From Bacteroidales bacterium (GTDB taxonomy: Bacteria; Bacteroidota; Bacteroidia; Bacteroidales; VadinHA17), in assembly GCA_034002885.1 (NCBI GenBank), contig JAVEZS010000007.1, positions 28,228 through 92,227 of the forward strand: DNA of 64,000 bases. Direction: 5' to 3'. Position 1 is the stretch's first letter. Each line of letters begins with the position of its first letter. The notes beneath the pieces are model-generated. The model was given only the letters and a program-made list of their open reading frames with translations. It ran no database searches and was not told the DNA's origin. The position numbers were made by a program, and so were the translations under genes. This document shows, in pieces, positions 21,770 through 33,851 of the stretch.

Positions 21770-22135
21770 TTACAGAACCTCGGGTGCAAGCGATACTATC
21801 TTCATGTATCCGTCGCGGAGTTCTCTGGCTACCGGCCCGAAGATTCGCGTACCCCTTACCTCGTTAAGATTATTGAGAAGGACCACCGCGTTATCGTCAA
21901 ACCTTATATACGAACCGTCGGGACGGCGTATCTCCTTGGTTGTCCGTACGACCACAGCCTTGCTGACCGTACCTTTCTTGGCATCGCCCGAGGGGAGAGC
22001 GCTTTTTACACTGACGACTATCTTGTCGCCGATTGATGCATACCTTTTCTTGCTTCCTCCCAGGACGCGGATACAAAGTACCTCCTTAGCTCCTGAATTA
22101 TCGGCTACTGTTAGCCTGCTTTCCTGCTGTATCAT
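21770..22135 (-). CDS. rplN: 50S ribosomal protein L14
   Basis: [23 protein letters not shown]. Confidence 0.98.
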   Translation of the reverse strand: MIQQESRLTVADNSGAKEVLCIRVLGGSKKRYASIGDKIVVSVKSALPSGDAKKGTVSKAVVVRTTKEIRRPDGSYIRFDDNAVVLLNNLNEVRGTRIFGPVARELRDGYMKIVSLAPEVL

Positions 22136-22137
22136 GA

Positions 22138-22392
22138 CTACTTGGCTCTTTCGATTATTTCAACTAATCTCCAGGCTTTGTTCTTGCTCAGAGGCCTGGA
22201 CTCTGATATTCTTACCGTATCACCTATGTTGCACGAGTTTTCCTCATCATGTGCCATAAGCTTCTTGGTCCTGTTTACAAACTTGCCGTAAATCGGATGT
22301 TTTACTTTCCTCTTAATGGCCACGACGATCGATTTGTCCATCTTGTTGCTGACAACAATACCTATTCGTTCTTTTCTTGTATTTCTTTCCAT
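22138..22392 (-). CDS. rpsQ: 30S ribosomal protein S17
   Basis: Start [26 protein letters not shown]. Confidence 0.96.
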   Translation of the reverse strand: MERNTRKERIGIVVSNKMDKSIVVAIKRKVKHPIYGKFVNRTKKLMAHDEENSCNIGDTVRISESRPLSKNKAWRLVEIIERAK

Positions 22393-22399
22393 TGCTGAA

Positions 22400-22606
22400 C
22401 TAGCTATTAGATTTCTCATTTAATTCCCTGTGGCGCAGTTCTGTAAGAAGACGGGCAATAGTAAGCTTGGCCTGTTTGATCTTCTGGGGGTTATCCAGGG
22501 GTGTTATCGCATGGTTAAGCTTCATCCTGACAAGCATTGTTCTTTCAGTGTCTATTCTTTCAACCAGGTCGGAAGTGCTCAATTCCTTTATTTCTGAAGT
22601 CTTCAT
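22400..22606 (-). CDS. rpmC: 50S ribosomal protein L29
   Basis: Size, position and IARLLT motif. Confidence 0.93.
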   Translation of the reverse strand: MKTSEIKELSTSDLVERIDTERTMLVRMKLNHAITPLDNPQKIKQAKLTIARLLTELRHRELNEKSNS

Positions 22607-22619
22607 TTGTGTTATGATT

Positions 22620-23042
22620 TTATTCCTGTACGTAATCTGTTCTTACAATGAATTTTGTTGTTATCGGGAACTTCTGGGCACCGAGCCTGAGAGCTTCTCT
22701 GGCCACATCATAGGGAACTCCTTCAGCTTCGATAAGAATTCTGCCCGGAGTTACAGGCACAACAAAACCTTCAGGTGCTCCTTTTCCCTTACCCATACGA
22801 ACCTCTGCAGGTTTCTTTGTTATTGGCTTGTCGGGGAATACCCTTATCCATATCTGTCCCTCACGTTTCATATGACGGGTAACTGCCTGACGGGCTGCTT
22901 CAATCTGCCTTCCGGTTATCCAGCACTCCTCAAGTGCCTTTATCCCAAATGACCCGAATGCCAGCTGGTTTCCTCTTTGAGCATTTCCCTTCATTCTTCC
23001 TTTCTGGGCTCTCCTGTATTTGGTCCTTTTCGGTTGTAACAT
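22620..23042 (-). CDS. rplP: 50S ribosomal protein L16
   Basis: [17 protein letters not shown]. Confidence 0.98.
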   Translation of the reverse strand: MLQPKRTKYRRAQKGRMKGNAQRGNQLAFGSFGIKALEECWITGRQIEAARQAVTRHMKREGQIWIRVFPDKPITKKPAEVRMGKGKGAPEGFVVPVTPGRILIEAEGVPYDVAREALRLGAQKFPITTKFIVRTDYVQE

Positions 23043-23080
23043 GGCTCAAAATATGTTATAAAATTATTTACTCTCTAAGT

Positions 23081-23779
23081 TTACTTTTTTGGCTTACGCT
23101 TGAGACTCTTGCTTTTGGCATTTCTTGCTCCGATGTTGGGACTAAGATCTCTCTTACCGTATACCTCACCGTTGCATATCCAGACCTTTATTCCCAGAAG
23201 TCCGACTTTGGTATGAGCCTCAGCCAGTGCGTAATCTATGTCAGCGCGCAGGGTGTGAAGCGGAATCCTTCCTTCCTTGTATGTCTCGCTTCGTGCCATT
23301 TCCGCACCGCCAAGACGGCCTGAGATAAGCACCTTAATACCTTCTGCTCCCATCCTCATGGTGGATGCAATCGACATTTTGATTGCACGGCGGTATGAGA
23401 TCTTACCTTCCAGCTGACGGGCAATATTGTTCGCAACAATGTTGGCATCAAGTTCAGGGCGTTTTACCTCGAATATGTTTATCTGAACCTCTTTCTTGGT
23501 AATTTTCTTCAGTTCTTCCTTGAGCTTGTCGACCTCTTGTCCGCCTTTCCCGATGATAATGCCCGGACGTGCGGTGTTTACGGTTACGGTAATAAGTTTG
23601 AGGGTTCTCTCAATTACAATCTTTGAGATGCTGGCCTTGGCGAGCCTTGCATTCAGATATTCCCTTATCCTGGTATCCTCAACGAGTTTCCCGGAGAAGT
23701 CTTTTCCTCCAAACCAGTTTGAGTCCCACCCTTTAATAATACCTAATCGGTTACCTATCGGATTTGCTTTTTGTCCCAT
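23081..23779 (-). CDS. rpsC: 30S ribosomal protein S3
   Basis: [28 protein letters not shown]. Confidence 0.98.
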   Translation of the reverse strand: MGQKANPIGNRLGIIKGWDSNWFGGKDFSGKLVEDTRIREYLNARLAKASISKIVIERTLKLITVTVNTARPGIIIGKGGQEVDKLKEELKKITKKEVQINIFEVKRPELDANIVANNIARQLEGKISYRRAIKMSIASTMRMGAEGIKVLISGRLGGAEMARSETYKEGRIPLHTLRADIDYALAEAHTKVGLLGIKVWICNGEVYGKRDLSPNIGARNAKSKSLKRKPKK

Positions 23780-23784
23780 CGAAT

Positions 23785-24204
23785 TTATTTTGTTGATTTT
23801 TCAACTTCCTTATTCATACTGTCGAGAACCACAGTCACATGGTTTGATCTCTTCCTGATCCTGTAGGCTCTGCCCTGAGGGGCTGTCTGGAGCCTTTTAA
23901 GGGCACGGCCGCCGTCGACGCTGATCTTTTTCACAAAGAGATTGCTCTCCTCTATTCTCACGCCTTCATTTTTGGCCTGCCAGTTTGCAATAGCCGACAG
24001 GAGAAGCTTTTCGACCCTGCGTGAAGCTTCCTGTGAACTGTATTTAAGCACATCAAGAGCCTTGTTAACTTCCAGACCGCTGATAAGTCCGGTCACAAGT
24101 CTCATCTTGCGGGGCGATGTGGGACAGTTCCTCAAAACCGCCTGGTAACTATTCTTGGCAGCTTCTTTTTTCTTTTCTGCCGAAATCCTTTTTCTTGCAC
24201 CCAT
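23785..24204 (-). CDS. rplV: 50S ribosomal protein L22
   Basis: [21 protein letters not shown]. Confidence 0.96.
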   Translation of the reverse strand: MGARKRISAEKKKEAAKNSYQAVLRNCPTSPRKMRLVTGLISGLEVNKALDVLKYSSQEASRRVEKLLLSAIANWQAKNEGVRIEESNLFVKKISVDGGRALKRLQTAPQGRAYRIRKRSNHVTVVLDSMNKEVEKSTK

Positions 24205-24235
24205 CTCTAAATATTTTTCAGGTTTACATTACTTA

Positions 24236-24499
24236 TTACTTGTTACCGGAGTGACCTCTGAAGGTACGTGTCGGGGCAAATTCGCCAAATTTGTGACCGA
24301 CCATGTTCTCAGTAATGTAAACAGGTATGAATTTATTACCGTTATGAACTGCTATAGTATGTCCGACAAAGTCGGGTGAGATTACAGATCTCCTCGACCA
24401 GGTCTTGAGAACTGATTTCTTCTGCCCCTTGTTCATATCCAGGACTCTTTTTTCCAGTTTATAATCAATGAAAGGGCCTTTTTTTATTGATCTACTCAT
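24236..24499 (-). CDS. rpsS: 30S ribosomal protein S19
   Basis: [21 protein letters not shown]. Confidence 0.98.
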   Translation of the reverse strand: MSRSIKKGPFIDYKLEKRVLDMNKGQKKSVLKTWSRRSVISPDFVGHTIAVHNGNKFIPVYITENMVGHKFGEFAPTRTFRGHSGNK

Positions 24500-24509
24500 A
24501 ATATATCAG

Positions 24510-25334
24510 TTATTTTTTCCTTCTTTCAATAATATGTTTTGCAGAGTATTTCTTCTTGTCGCGTGTCTTGAAGCCTTTTGCCGGAAGACCCTTGCGTGAC
24601 CTCGGATGTCCGCCGGATGCTCTTCCTTCGCCTCCTCCCATGGGGTGGTCGACCGGGTTCATAACAACGCCTCTGACTCTCGGACGGCGGCCCTGCCAGC
24701 GTGTACGGCCCGCCTTGCCCGACCTCTCAAGGTTATGGTCCGGATTCGACACGGTACCGATTGTAGCACGGCATGTTGTAAGAACCATTCTGGTTTCACC
24801 CGAAGGCAGCTTAATGGTTGCATATTTACCTTCACGTGCCGACAGCTGGGCAAATGTCCCGGCACTGCGCGCCATTGATCCTCCTTTTCCGGGCTTCAGT
24901 TCAATATTATGAACAATAGTACCGAGGGGGATGTCATTCAGGAACATTGTATTTCCTATCTCAGGACTTGCATCCTTTCCGGAAACTATTGTCTGTCCGA
25001 CCTGCAGTCCGACAGGTGCAATAATATATCTCTTTTCTCCATCCTCATAAACAACGAGGGCAATTCTCGACGATCTGTTGGGATCATACTCTATTGCCTT
25101 CACCGTTGCATTCATGCCATCCTTATCCCTCAGGAAATCGATGACCCTGTACATCTGTTTGTGACCGCCACCGATGTACCTCATAGTTCTTCGGCCGTTA
25201 ACGTTCCTTCCTCCTGATTTTCTGAGCGGTCGAAGGAGGGATTTCTCCGGCACAGCCTTTGTAATGTTATCAAAGGCGCTGATAATCTTGTTTCTCTGAC
25301 CTGGCGTTACAGGTTTTAGTTTTCTGACTGCCAT
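24510..25334 (-). CDS. rplB: 50S ribosomal protein L2
   Basis: [20 protein letters not shown]. Confidence 0.98.
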   Translation of the reverse strand: MAVRKLKPVTPGQRNKIISAFDNITKAVPEKSLLRPLRKSGGRNVNGRRTMRYIGGGHKQMYRVIDFLRDKDGMNATVKAIEYDPNRSSRIALVVYEDGEKRYIIAPVGLQVGQTIVSGKDASPEIGNTMFLNDIPLGTIVHNIELKPGKGGSMARSAGTFAQLSAREGKYATIKLPSGETRMVLTTCRATIGTVSNPDHNLERSGKAGRTRWQGRRPRVRGVVMNPVDHPMGGGEGRASGGHPRSRKGLPAKGFKTRDKKKYSAKHIIERRKK

Positions 25335-25342
25335 ACTGATTA

Positions 25343-25633
25343 TTAAATATTGCTATAGAAATCAATCTTATTTCCCTCTGCCAGGGTAACGACTGCCTTC
25401 TTTGTGGCAGCTGTCTTTCCTACCAGGAGACCTGATTTGGTGTTTCTTGTCTTCACTTTGCCACCGTATCTCATTGTATTAACTGATTCGACGGTAACCC
25501 CGTAAAGCTCCTCAACAGCTTTTCTTATCTGCAATTTGTTCGCATTTCTGGCAACGACGAAACCGTAGCGGTTGAACTTGTCGCCCTGGCTTGTCATCTT
25601 TTCCGTTACTATCGGTTTAAGCAGAATATTCAT
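25343..25633 (-). CDS. rplW: 50S ribosomal protein L23
   Basis: PIVTEK, KKAVVTL. Confidence 0.96.
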   Translation of the reverse strand: MNILLKPIVTEKMTSQGDKFNRYGFVVARNANKLQIRKAVEELYGVTVESVNTMRYGGKVKTRNTKSGLLVGKTAATKKAVVTLAEGNKIDFYSNI

Positions 25634-25643
25634 TACTTAAATT

Positions 25644-26276
25644 TTACTGGTTTTTAAAAGTTGCCTGCAAAACGTCAACTGCGCTCTCCACAAGTACCAG
25701 AGTTGAGGCCTTCATAATTTTGTATGTACTTAATTCTCCGGCTGTTACAACATCAACCCCTTGTACATTTCGGGATGACAAATATATGTTTTTATTTTGT
25801 TCCGGTAAAACAATAAGCGATTTTTTATTGGCAATATTCAGATTATTACCCATACTGATCAAAGCTTTTGTTTTAGGAGCCTCGAAATTGAAGTCTTCCA
25901 GAACGATAATATTATTGGAAGATGCCTTGTACGACAGAGCTGATTTACGGGCAAGCTGTTTCATTTTCCTGTTGAGCTTGAATCCGTAGAACCGGGGCTG
26001 CGGGCCGAATACACGACCGCCTCCGCGAAAGAGAGGGTTTTTAATGCTTCCTGCGCGTGCCGTACCTGTCCCTTTCTGTCTTTTTATCTTTCTGGTACTT
26101 CCAGCCACCTCACCACGCTGTTTTGATTTGTGGGTACCCTGCCTCTGATTGGCGAGATACTGCTTTGAATCAAGATATATGGCGTGGTCGTTAGGTTTAA
26201 CCGCGAATATTGAATCGTCGAGATTGACTTTTCTTCCGGTTTCCTTACCATCAGTATTAAGAATAGCTAATTCCAT
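25644..26276 (-). CDS. rplD: 50S ribosomal protein L4
   Basis: [20 protein letters not shown]. Confidence 0.97.
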   Translation of the reverse strand: MELAILNTDGKETGRKVNLDDSIFAVKPNDHAIYLDSKQYLANQRQGTHKSKQRGEVAGSTRKIKRQKGTGTARAGSIKNPLFRGGGRVFGPQPRFYGFKLNRKMKQLARKSALSYKASSNNIIVLEDFNFEAPKTKALISMGNNLNIANKKSLIVLPEQNKNIYLSSRNVQGVDVVTAGELSTYKIMKASTLVLVESAVDVLQATFKNQ

Positions 26277-26896
26277 TATTTTGTTATTATTACGTAACCA
26301 CCTTTCGGACCGGGAACTGATCCTTTAACTAATATTAGATTATTGTCAGGCATGAGTTTTATAACTCGCATGCTTACAGACATAACTTTATCTCCTCCTT
26401 TGCGTCCGGCCATTCTCATTCCGGGAAGCACTCTTGACGGGAATGATGATGCTCCGAGTGAACCCGGTGCCCGTCCCCTGTTATGCTGACCATGGGTCTG
26501 GCCACCAACGCCTCCGAAACCATGCCTTTTGACAACGCCCTGGAATCCTTTTCCCTTCGACCATCCCCTGACGTCAACCCAGTTATCGCTGCTAAAAAAA
26601 CCGGCAGCGAGAACCTCCCCGACTTTAACCTGATCTTCTGAAAAACCGGTAAATTCAATAAGTTTGCGCTTGGGTGTCGTATTTGCCTTTTTGAAGTGGC
26701 CTAGTTCAGCCTTACTGGTATGTTTTTCCTTCTTCTCATCGAAGCCTAGCTGCACTGCAAAATATCCGTCCTTCTCCTTTGTCTTTATCTGGGTAACGAC
26801 ACATGGTCCGGCCTGCAGAACAGTACATGGGATATTCTTTCCGTCTTCATCAAAGACAGAGGTCATCCCCACTTTTTTTCCAATTAGTCCCTGCAT
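26276..26896 (-). CDS. rplC: 50S ribosomal protein L3
   Basis: [29 protein letters not shown]. Confidence 0.97.
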   Translation of the reverse strand: MQGLIGKKVGMTSVFDEDGKNIPCTVLQAGPCVVTQIKTKEKDGYFAVQLGFDEKKEKHTSKAELGHFKKANTTPKRKLIEFTGFSEDQVKVGEVLAAGFFSSDNWVDVRGWSKGKGFQGVVKRHGFGGVGGQTHGQHNRGRAPGSLGASSFPSRVLPGMRMAGRKGGDKVMSVSMRVIKLMPDNNLILVKGSVPGPKGGYVIITK

Positions 26897-26918
26897 CTCT
26901 ATAAGAATTTTACTGGTT

Positions 26919-27224
26919 TCACACTTTTATTTCTACCTCAACCCCGCTTGGAAGTTCAAGTTTCATCAGAGCATCAATCGTTTTGGGCGTTGAGCTGTAA
27001 ATATCAAGAAGCCGCTTGTAGGATGAGAGCTGAAACTGCTCCCTTGCTTTTTTGTTGACAAACGGGGAACGAAGAACCGTATAAATCTTTTTGTGAGTGG
27101 GGAGCGGAATAGGTCCGCTTACAACTGCGCCTGTTGACTTAACGGTTTTTACAATCTTCTCAGCGGATTTGTCCACAAGATTATGATCGTAAGACTTAAG
27201 TTTGATACGAATTTTCTGACTCAT
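26919..27224 (-). CDS. rpsJ: 30S ribosomal protein S10
   Basis: [18 protein letters not shown]. Confidence 0.98.
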   Translation of the reverse strand: MSQKIRIKLKSYDHNLVDKSAEKIVKTVKSTGAVVSGPIPLPTHKKIYTVLRSPFVNKKAREQFQLSSYKRLLDIYSSTPKTIDALMKLELPSGVEVEIKV

Positions 27225-27229
27225 TTTCT

Positions 27230-29332
27230 TTAAAGAATTTTTCCTTTAGTAATTTCTACAATCCTGTTTGCTATTTCTTCAGGCACCTCCTCATAATGAG
27301 AGAACTCCATTGTTGAAGTAGCTCTTCCGGAAGTCAGGGTTCTTAGTACTGTAACATAGCCGAATTTTTCTGCCAGAGGTACTTTTGCTTTAACAACCCT
27401 TGAGCCTGCTTTCGATTCCATTCCTTCCACCCTTCCCCTTCTCCTGTTGAAATCGCCAATAACATCGCCGACATACTCTTCCGGAGTAACAACTTCGGTC
27501 GACATAATAGGCTCGAGAATCACAGGATTGCATTTCGATGCATATTTCCTGAATGCCTGCTTGGCTGCTATTTCAAAAGAAAGGGCATCGGAGTCGACCG
27601 GGTGGTACGAACCGTCTTTCAGTACTACTTTAAGGCTTTCCACGGGGAATCCGGCCAGAGGGCCGTTCACCATTGCCTCGCGGAATCCTTTTTCAATTGA
27701 AGGAATAAATTCCTTGGGAATATTTCCTCCCTTTATCTCATTAACGAACTCAAGGCCTCTCACTCCGTTCTCAGCAGGCATCATCCTCACTGAAATATCA
27801 GCGAACTTACCTCTTCCGCCTGTCTGCTTCTTGAATACTTCCCTGAATTCAACACTTGTTGTGATAGCTTCCTTATATGCAACCTGGGGAACTCCCTGGT
27901 TGCACTCTATTTTAAACTCCCTCTTCAGCCTGTCGATAAGAATCTCCAGGTGAAGCTCTCCCATTCCGTTGATTATGGTCTGACCACTGTCGGGGTCGGT
28001 CCTTACCTGAAAGGTGGGATCTTCCTCTGCAAGTTTGTTAAGTGCAATAGCCAGCTTGTCAACATCAGCCTGTGTTTTGGGTTCGACGGCAATACCTATA
28101 ACCGGCTCCGGAAAGTCCATCGATTCGAGAAGGATCGGTTTGTTGATCGCACAGAGAGTGTCACCGGTCTTAAGATCCTTGAAGCCGACTCCGGCACATA
28201 TATCGCCGGCGGATATCATCTCCTTGGGATTCTGTTTGTTGGCATGCATCTGGAAGAGGCGGTTTATTCTTTCTCTCTTCCCTGTTCTTGTGTTGAGAAC
28301 CGTATCGCCCGAACGTAATACCCCCGAATACACCCTCAGGAAAACAAGCCTTCCCACAAAGGGATCGGTTGCAATCTTGAAGGCAAGGGCTGCAAGAGGT
28401 TCGGCAGTATCAGGTTCTCTTGTGATCTCATTATCGTTTCTTGGATCTATCCCTGTCACAGCACCGATATCAACCGGTGACGGAAGAAATGACACTATAG
28501 CATCAAGCAGATTCTGTATTCCCTTGTTCTTGAACGAGGCTCCGCAGAGTACCGGAACAGCCAGACCCAGAACGGTCGATTTTCTCAGAGCAGTTAATAA
28601 CTCTTCTTCCGTTATTGAATCATGATCTTCAATAAAACGAGCCAGAAGGGTATCATCAACATCTGCAACCGCTTCAACAAGTTTCCCACGCCACTCCTCT
28701 GCCTCATCTGCCATGTCGGCCGGAATATCCTCTACTTCAAACCTGCTTGTGGCGATATCTGTGTTATACCACACGAATGCCTTCATCCTTACAAGGTCAA
28801 TAACACCCCTGAAATTCTCTTCCGAACCAATCGGAAGCTGTATTGCAACTGGGTTTGCACCAAGCTTTTCCTTAATCTGATGAAGCACACTTAAAAAGTC
28901 AGCACCGGCCCTGTCCATTTTGTTGACAAAAGCCAGCCTGGGAACGTTGTATTTATTTGCCTGCCGCCATACTGTTTCCGACTGAGGCTCCACTCCGCCA
29001 ACAGCACAAAATACAGCTACTGCACCGTCGAGAACTCTCAGTGATCTTTCCACTTCGACTGTGAAATCAACATGGCCGGGGGTATCAATGATATTTATCT
29101 TGAACTCCTCTCCGTTATATTTCCAAAAAGTTGTTGTTGCAGCTGAAGTGATTGTTATTCCTCTTTCCTGTTCCTGAATCATCCAGTCCATCTGGGCATT
29201 CCCGTCATGCACCTCTCCCATCCTGTGGGTACGCCCCGTATAAAACAGGATACGTTCCGTCGTGGTGGTTTTTCCGGCATCAATATGGGCCATGATTCCG
29301 ATGTTTCTGGTATATTTCAGGCTGTTCTCCAT
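27230..29332 (-). CDS. fusA: Elongation factor G (canonical)
   Basis: [36 protein letters not shown]. Confidence 0.98.
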   Translation of the reverse strand: MENSLKYTRNIGIMAHIDAGKTTTTERILFYTGRTHRMGEVHDGNAQMDWMIQEQERGITITSAATTTFWKYNGEEFKINIIDTPGHVDFTVEVERSLRVLDGAVAVFCAVGGVEPQSETVWRQANKYNVPRLAFVNKMDRAGADFLSVLHQIKEKLGANPVAIQLPIGSEENFRGVIDLVRMKAFVWYNTDIATSRFEVEDIPADMADEAEEWRGKLVEAVADVDDTLLARFIEDHDSITEEELLTALRKSTVLGLAVPVLCGASFKNKGIQNLLDAIVSFLPSPVDIGAVTGIDPRNDNEITREPDTAEPLAALAFKIATDPFVGRLVFLRVYSGVLRSGDTVLNTRTGKRERINRLFQMHANKQNPKEMISAGDICAGVGFKDLKTGDTLCAINKPILLESMDFPEPVIGIAVEPKTQADVDKLAIALNKLAEEDPTFQVRTDPDSGQTIINGMGELHLEILIDRLKREFKIECNQGVPQVAYKEAITTSVEFREVFKKQTGGRGKFADISVRMMPAENGVRGLEFVNEIKGGNIPKEFIPSIEKGFREAMVNGPLAGFPVESLKVVLKDGSYHPVDSDALSFEIAAKQAFRKYASKCNPVILEPIMSTEVVTPEEYVGDVIGDFNRRRGRVEGMESKAGSRVVKAKVPLAEKFGYVTVLRTLTSGRATSTMEFSHYEEVPEEIANRIVEITKGKIL

Positions 29333-29365
29333 TCTTTTACCTCAGTTTTGACTACGGCCGGCAGA

Positions 29366-29842
29366 TTAAAATCTGAAATGTGCGAAAGCCTTGTTGGCTT
29401 CTGCCATCCTGTGAGTGTCCTCCTTTTTCTTGTAAGCGCCTCCCTCAAGTTTATAAGCTGCCATCAATTCTGCAGCAAGTCTGTCAGCCATTGAATGACC
29501 GGTCCTTTTGCGGGCGAAGGAAATCATATTCTTCATGCTTATGCTTACTTTCCTGTCGCTGCGGATTTCCATAGGCACCTGAAAAGTGGCACCTCCAACC
29601 CTGCGTGCTTTTACCTCAACCTGGGGAGTTACATTATCAAGAGCCTGTTTGAAGATCTCAAGGGGAGTCTTACCCTCATTCTTGAATTTCTCGCCGATTA
29701 TGTCGAGTGAATCATAGAAAATTTTAAAAGCAAGATTCTTTTTACCACTATACATAAGATTGTTCACAAACCTTGTTACATACGGATCGTGATATTTGGG
29801 ATCCGGTAACATTATCCTTTTCTTTGGTTTTGCCTTTCTCAT
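29366..29842 (-). CDS. rpsG: 30S ribosomal protein S7
   Basis: [24 protein letters not shown]. Confidence 0.98.
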   Translation of the reverse strand: MRKAKPKKRIMLPDPKYHDPYVTRFVNNLMYSGKKNLAFKIFYDSLDIIGEKFKNEGKTPLEIFKQALDNVTPQVEVKARRVGGATFQVPMEIRSDRKVSISMKNMISFARKRTGHSMADRLAAELMAAYKLEGGAYKKKEDTHRMAEANKAFAHFRF

Positions 29843-29861
29843 TATCTTACCTTTTTAATCG

Positions 29862-30236
29862 TTATTTCTTTGGTCGTTTTGCTCCATATTTCGACCTTCT
29901 CTGTGTGCGGCCATCGACTCCTGAGGTATCCAGAGCTCCGCGGACGAGGTGATACCTTACTCCGGGAAGATCCTTCACCCTTCCGCCTCTGATAAGGACT
30001 ATTGAGTGTTCCTGGAGGTTATGACCTTCTCCGGGAATATAAGCATTGACTTCCTTCTGATTTGTAAGCTTTACCCTGGCCACCTTCCTCATAGCTGAAT
30101 TGGGTTTCTTTGGTGTCGTTGTATAAACACGAACACAAACACCCCTTCTCTGAGGACATGAATCCAAAGCAGGAGCTTTACTTTTATCGATCAGTTTTTT
30201 CCTGCCTTTCCTTACTAACTGCTGAATTGTCGGCAT
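29862..30236 (-). CDS. rpsL: 30S ribosomal protein S12
   Basis: [22 protein letters not shown]. Confidence 0.98.
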   Translation of the reverse strand: MPTIQQLVRKGRKKLIDKSKAPALDSCPQRRGVCVRVYTTTPKKPNSAMRKVARVKLTNQKEVNAYIPGEGHNLQEHSIVLIRGGRVKDLPGVRYHLVRGALDTSGVDGRTQRRSKYGAKRPKK

Positions 30237-30282
30237 AAATAGTATGATTTTTACATTAAATTTTACTCAAAAAATCGGTTCG

Positions 30283-30290
30283 CAAAGGTA
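30283..30290 (-). promoter_or_regulatory. -7 element (TACCTTTG) of the rpsL promoter
   Basis: Exact TAnnTTTG match 46 nt upstream of rpsL. Confidence 0.65.
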
Positions 30291-30591
30291 TTGTTTTTAT
30301 TTCTATATCAAGCAAACTCATTCACATTTTTTTCAGCAGGCACCCGGTCATGTATGCAGTCATAGTGATTTTCAATGACAAACAGTGCCGTCAGTGTCTT
30401 TCAAAACAGAATATCTTACGAAGAAATGTAAGTTATCAACAGGCTCCTTCCCGATCTTTCCCGGTGAAAAATCATTTTCTAAACTTACGGTGAAAGAAAA
30501 ACCGGTACTCCTGAGTTTCAAAAAACTGGTGCAAAGGAAATAAAAAATTTGTAATTACGCAGCCTTTACTGAACAGTTTTTAAAAATTTGT

Positions 30592-30599
30592 TATTTTTG
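30592..30599 (+). promoter_or_regulatory. -7 element (TATTTTTG) of the EF-G2 promoter
   Basis: Exact TAnnTTTG match 47 nt upstream of ATG 30647. Confidence 0.6.
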
Positions 30600-30646
30600 T
30601 GCGCTTAAAATCCCTGAATATTATAATATAACCCACACAGAAGATT

Positions 30647-32803
30647 ATGAAAACATACCAGACTGACCAGATAAAGAGCATTTCTCTTCTCGGCAACTCC
30701 GGATCAGGAAAGACGACCCTGGCCGAGGCAATGCTCTTCAATGGCGGAGTAATCGAACGAAGAGGTACTGTTGACGGGAAGAACACTGTTTCAGACTATC
30801 GCCCGATCGAACAGGAAAACGGTAACTCAATATTCTCAACTGTACTTTATACTGAATTCCAGAACAGGAAGATCAATATTATTGACACTCCGGGCCTCGA
30901 CGATTTTAGCGGCGGAGTAATATCCTCACTGTTTGCGACCGACTGTACCGTTATGACAATCAACGTTCAGAACGGTGTTGAAGTAGGTACAGAAATCCAT
31001 TTCCGTCATGCCGAGAAGGTTCACAAACCGCTTATTCTGGTTGTCAACGGTCTCGATCACGAAAAAGCCAATTTTGAGAAATCGCTGGAAATGATGAGGG
31101 ACAGGCTCGACAACAACGTTATCCTCATCCAGTACCCTGTTAACGAAGGTCTTGGTTTCAATTCAATAATCGACGTCCTAAGGATGAAGATGTACCAGTA
31201 TCCCAAGGACGGAGGAACTGGCAAGCTTGCTGACATACCCGCCGACCAGCTGGAAAAGGCACAGGAACTTCACGCTGCCCTGGTCGAAAAAGCAGCTGAG
31301 AGCGATGAGTCTCTGATGGAAAGCTTCTTCTCCAATGATACTCTGACGGAAGAGGAAATCAGAAAAGGTATTGCCAAAGGGATACTGACAAGGGGAATGT
31401 TCCCTGTTTTCTGCGCTTCTGCAAAGAACAACATAGGAGTTGATCGCATAATGGAATTCATTGTCAGCGAGGCTCCTTCGTTTACCGATATGCCTGCCCA
31501 GGTCAACAGTAAGGGCGTGAAGGTTAATCCTGATCCTGCAGGTCCGGCATCGGTTTATATTTTCAAATCATCGATAGAGGAACATATCGGTGAGATAAAC
31601 TATTTCAGGGTTTATTCCGGAAAAATAACCGAGAACCTCGACGTGGTGAACAGCAACAACGGCATAAAGGAGAGGCTTTCGCAACTTTATATCTGCGCAG
31701 GCAAAAACAGGACGCGTGTTCCTGAACTCTGGCCAGGCGACATAGGAGCTTTCGTGAAACTGAAGAATACAAAGACAGACCACACCCTGAATTCCCCCGG
31801 AAACGACTGGAGATATGAAGGCATAAAGTTCCCGGAACCGAAATACCGCACAGCAATAAAAGCACAGAGCGAAAGCGATGATGAAAAGCTCGGGGAAGCA
31901 CTCAACAAGATCCACCTCGAAGACCCCACAATAAATATCGAATATTCAAAGGAACTGAAACAGATACTGGTCCATGGTCAGGGAGAATACCATCTCAACA
32001 TTATGAAATGGCATCTCGATAACATCTATAAAATACCAACCAGCTATAATCCTCCTAAGATCCAGTACCGCGAGACAATTACCAAGGCTGCACAGGCAGA
32101 CTACAGGCACAAAAAACAATCGGGTGGAGCAGGTCAGTTCGGAGAAGTCCATATGATAATAGAGCCTTATACCGAGGGATCATCTGAGCTTTCAATGATG
32201 AAAATTGCAGGCAAGGAAATCAAACTCTCAGTAAGGGCAAAAGATGAGATAGATCTTGAATGGGGAGGAAAACTCATTTACGTGAACTGTATTGTTGGAG
32301 GCTCGATCGATGCACGCTTCATGCCTGCCATACTCAAGGGAATAATGGAAAAGATGGAAGTTGGCCCGCTTACGGGTTCATATGCCAGGGATATCCGCGT
32401 TTACGTCTACGACGGCAAAATGCATCCGGTCGACTCAAATGAGATCTCTTTCAGGCTCGCCGGAAGAAATGCCTTCTCAATGGCCTTTAAAAATGCAGGT
32501 GCCAAGATACTCGAGCCAATATACGATGTTGAAATAATGGTTCCCTCCGACAGGATGGGTGATGTGATAAGCGATCTTCAGGGACGCCGTGGAATGGTTC
32601 TCGGAATGGCCAGTGAAAAACGTTTCGAGGTTATCAAAGCCAGGGTTCCTCTTGCAGAGATGAATAAATATTCAACTGCTTTAAGTTCAATTACAGGAGG
32701 CAGGGCAATGTACACTATGAAGTTCTCCGAATACGCCCAGGTACCTTCCGAAGTACAGGAAGCTGTTATAAAAGCATACTCCGAAGAAGAGGAGGAAGAA
32801 TAA
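30647..32803 (+). CDS. fusA2: Elongation factor G paralogue, Bacteroidota EF-G2 type
   Basis: 718 aa; GNSGSGKTT, DTPGLDDF, NGLD, HKKQSGGAGQFG; insertion in the domain IV region. Confidence 0.9.
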   Translation: MKTYQTDQIKSISLLGNSGSGKTTLAEAMLFNGGVIERRGTVDGKNTVSDYRPIEQENGNSIFSTVLYTEFQNRKINIIDTPGLDDFSGGVISSLFATDCTVMTINVQNGVEVGTEIHFRHAEKVHKPLILVVNGLDHEKANFEKSLEMMRDRLDNNVILIQYPVNEGLGFNSIIDVLRMKMYQYPKDGGTGKLADIPADQLEKAQELHAALVEKAAESDESLMESFFSNDTLTEEEIRKGIAKGILTRGMFPVFCASAKNNIGVDRIMEFIVSEAPSFTDMPAQVNSKGVKVNPDPAGPASVYIFKSSIEEHIGEINYFRVYSGKITENLDVVNSNNGIKERLSQLYICAGKNRTRVPELWPGDIGAFVKLKNTKTDHTLNSPGNDWRYEGIKFPEPKYRTAIKAQSESDDEKLGEALNKIHLEDPTINIEYSKELKQILVHGQGEYHLNIMKWHLDNIYKIPTSYNPPKIQYRETITKAAQADYRHKKQSGGAGQFGEVHMIIEPYTEGSSELSMMKIAGKEIKLSVRAKDEIDLEWGGKLIYVNCIVGGSIDARFMPAILKGIMEKMEVGPLTGSYARDIRVYVYDGKMHPVDSNEISFRLAGRNAFSMAFKNAGAKILEPIYDVEIMVPSDRMGDVISDLQGRRGMVLGMASEKRFEVIKARVPLAEMNKYSTALSSITGGRAMYTMKFSEYAQVPSEVQEAVIKAYSEEEEEE

Positions 32804-32810
32804 AAATAAA

Positions 32811-32839
32811 GAAAAACCCCGGCTCACCGGGGTTTTTTC
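32811..32839. terminator. Bidirectional intrinsic terminator
   Basis: GAAAAACCCCGG-CTCA-CCGGGGTTTTTTC between convergent genes. Confidence 0.85.
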
Positions 32840-32858
32840 TTGTTCCATCATCACCTGC

Positions 32859-33539
32859 TTAAAAGGATATCCCAACAAGAATAAACAATTTATCACTGTC
32901 GGGATTCAGTACAACCTGGCCAGTTACAGGGATGGAGAACCTGTCGGTCACTACTATCTCCTTCGATACTTCAAGCCCGGCATTACACACCCTGAATCCG
33001 CCTCCGCCGGTATGCCATCCGTCGCCGGCACCTGCAAATATCCTGATACTTGTAAAGGAATAAGCTATTTCAAAGTATTTGTCGCCCCCGTAGGTTCCGA
33101 TACCACCGGCCTCGTTGACAATGTAATTAACATTCATCGAGAAACCTCCGCGGACTATGCCCATACTCAGTTCCAGTCCGTGACTTCCGTCAGCTTTTGA
33201 TGTTTCTGAAAAGGAAAGGTCAGGAAGGTAATAATCAGTTGCTCCAAGGCTAAGTCCACACGGGAACGAATAGGAAATATAAGGATCAGCTTCTGAATAT
33301 CCTCCGGCATCCACGGAACCCCAGACCCCTATCGCCAGTCCCCCGCTTGTGAATTCAACCGAAGGCTGAAATGCCGGACCTGTTCCGAGTTTTGATCCCC
33401 TCCATATGTAATTGCTGTAAAGATCGGCAGATACATCAAATCTCCCTTTCCTTTCTTCCTGAGCCCAGGCCTGCAATGGTAAAGAACATATCATTAAAAA
33501 CAATATCACTCCGGCAGTCAAATACTTTTCATCCTTCAT
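32859..33539 (-). CDS. Outer-membrane beta-barrel protein, TorF-like putative porin
   Basis: Signal peptide ending AWA-Q; ADLYSNYIWRG, FQPSVEF, GVWGS; C-terminal Phe. Confidence 0.65.
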   Translation of the reverse strand: MKDEKYLTAGVILFLMICSLPLQAWAQEERKGRFDVSADLYSNYIWRGSKLGTGPAFQPSVEFTSGGLAIGVWGSVDAGGYSEADPYISYSFPCGLSLGATDYYLPDLSFSETSKADGSHGLELSMGIVRGGFSMNVNYIVNEAGGIGTYGGDKYFEIAYSFTSIRIFAGAGDGWHTGGGGFRVCNAGLEVSKEIVVTDRFSIPVTGQVVLNPDSDKLFILVGISF

Positions 33540-33712
33540 ATGTGTTTTCTTAAAAGATCCTCACAAAAGTACTATTTTTAAAACATACCCCCTTATTTTA
33601 GTTAATAATTTTAATATTTTATCCTTTTTTTCTTACAATACCCCATAAATTACATAGGAATATACCAAAATTCACAGTTTTTTTAACAAACACCTGATAC
33701 TTGTAATATTGT

Positions 33713-33746
33713 AAAAAAAAGGCTGCCCGGTATTCCTGAGCAACCT
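33713..33746 (-). terminator. Intrinsic terminator of the RND operon
   Basis: Minus strand AGGUUGCUC...GGGCAGCCU followed by a U-run. Confidence 0.7.
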
Positions 33747-33851
33747 GTACACTGCCTTAACTGCCAGCTCCTCCCGGGAGTCAGCCTTCAGCAGTGAATA
33801 ATTCATTGCAGTCGGGCTGACAGCGGGAACGATCCGGTGATCATCCTTCGA

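Noticed and set aside
26919..27230. No tuf between fusA and rpsJ, and no adk between secY and map
   Set aside because: Normal gene order for Bacteroidota.
33560..33670. ATACCCC direct repeats and a Cur-like half-site upstream of the porin-like gene
   Set aside because: Short matches in AT-rich DNA; cannot be separated from chance.
33750..33830. Hairpins in the 3' UTR of the PII-like gene (TCAGCC/GGCTGA, GCAGTGAA/TTCATTGC)
   Set aside because: No promoter or recognisable family; most simply a 3' stabilising structure before the terminator.
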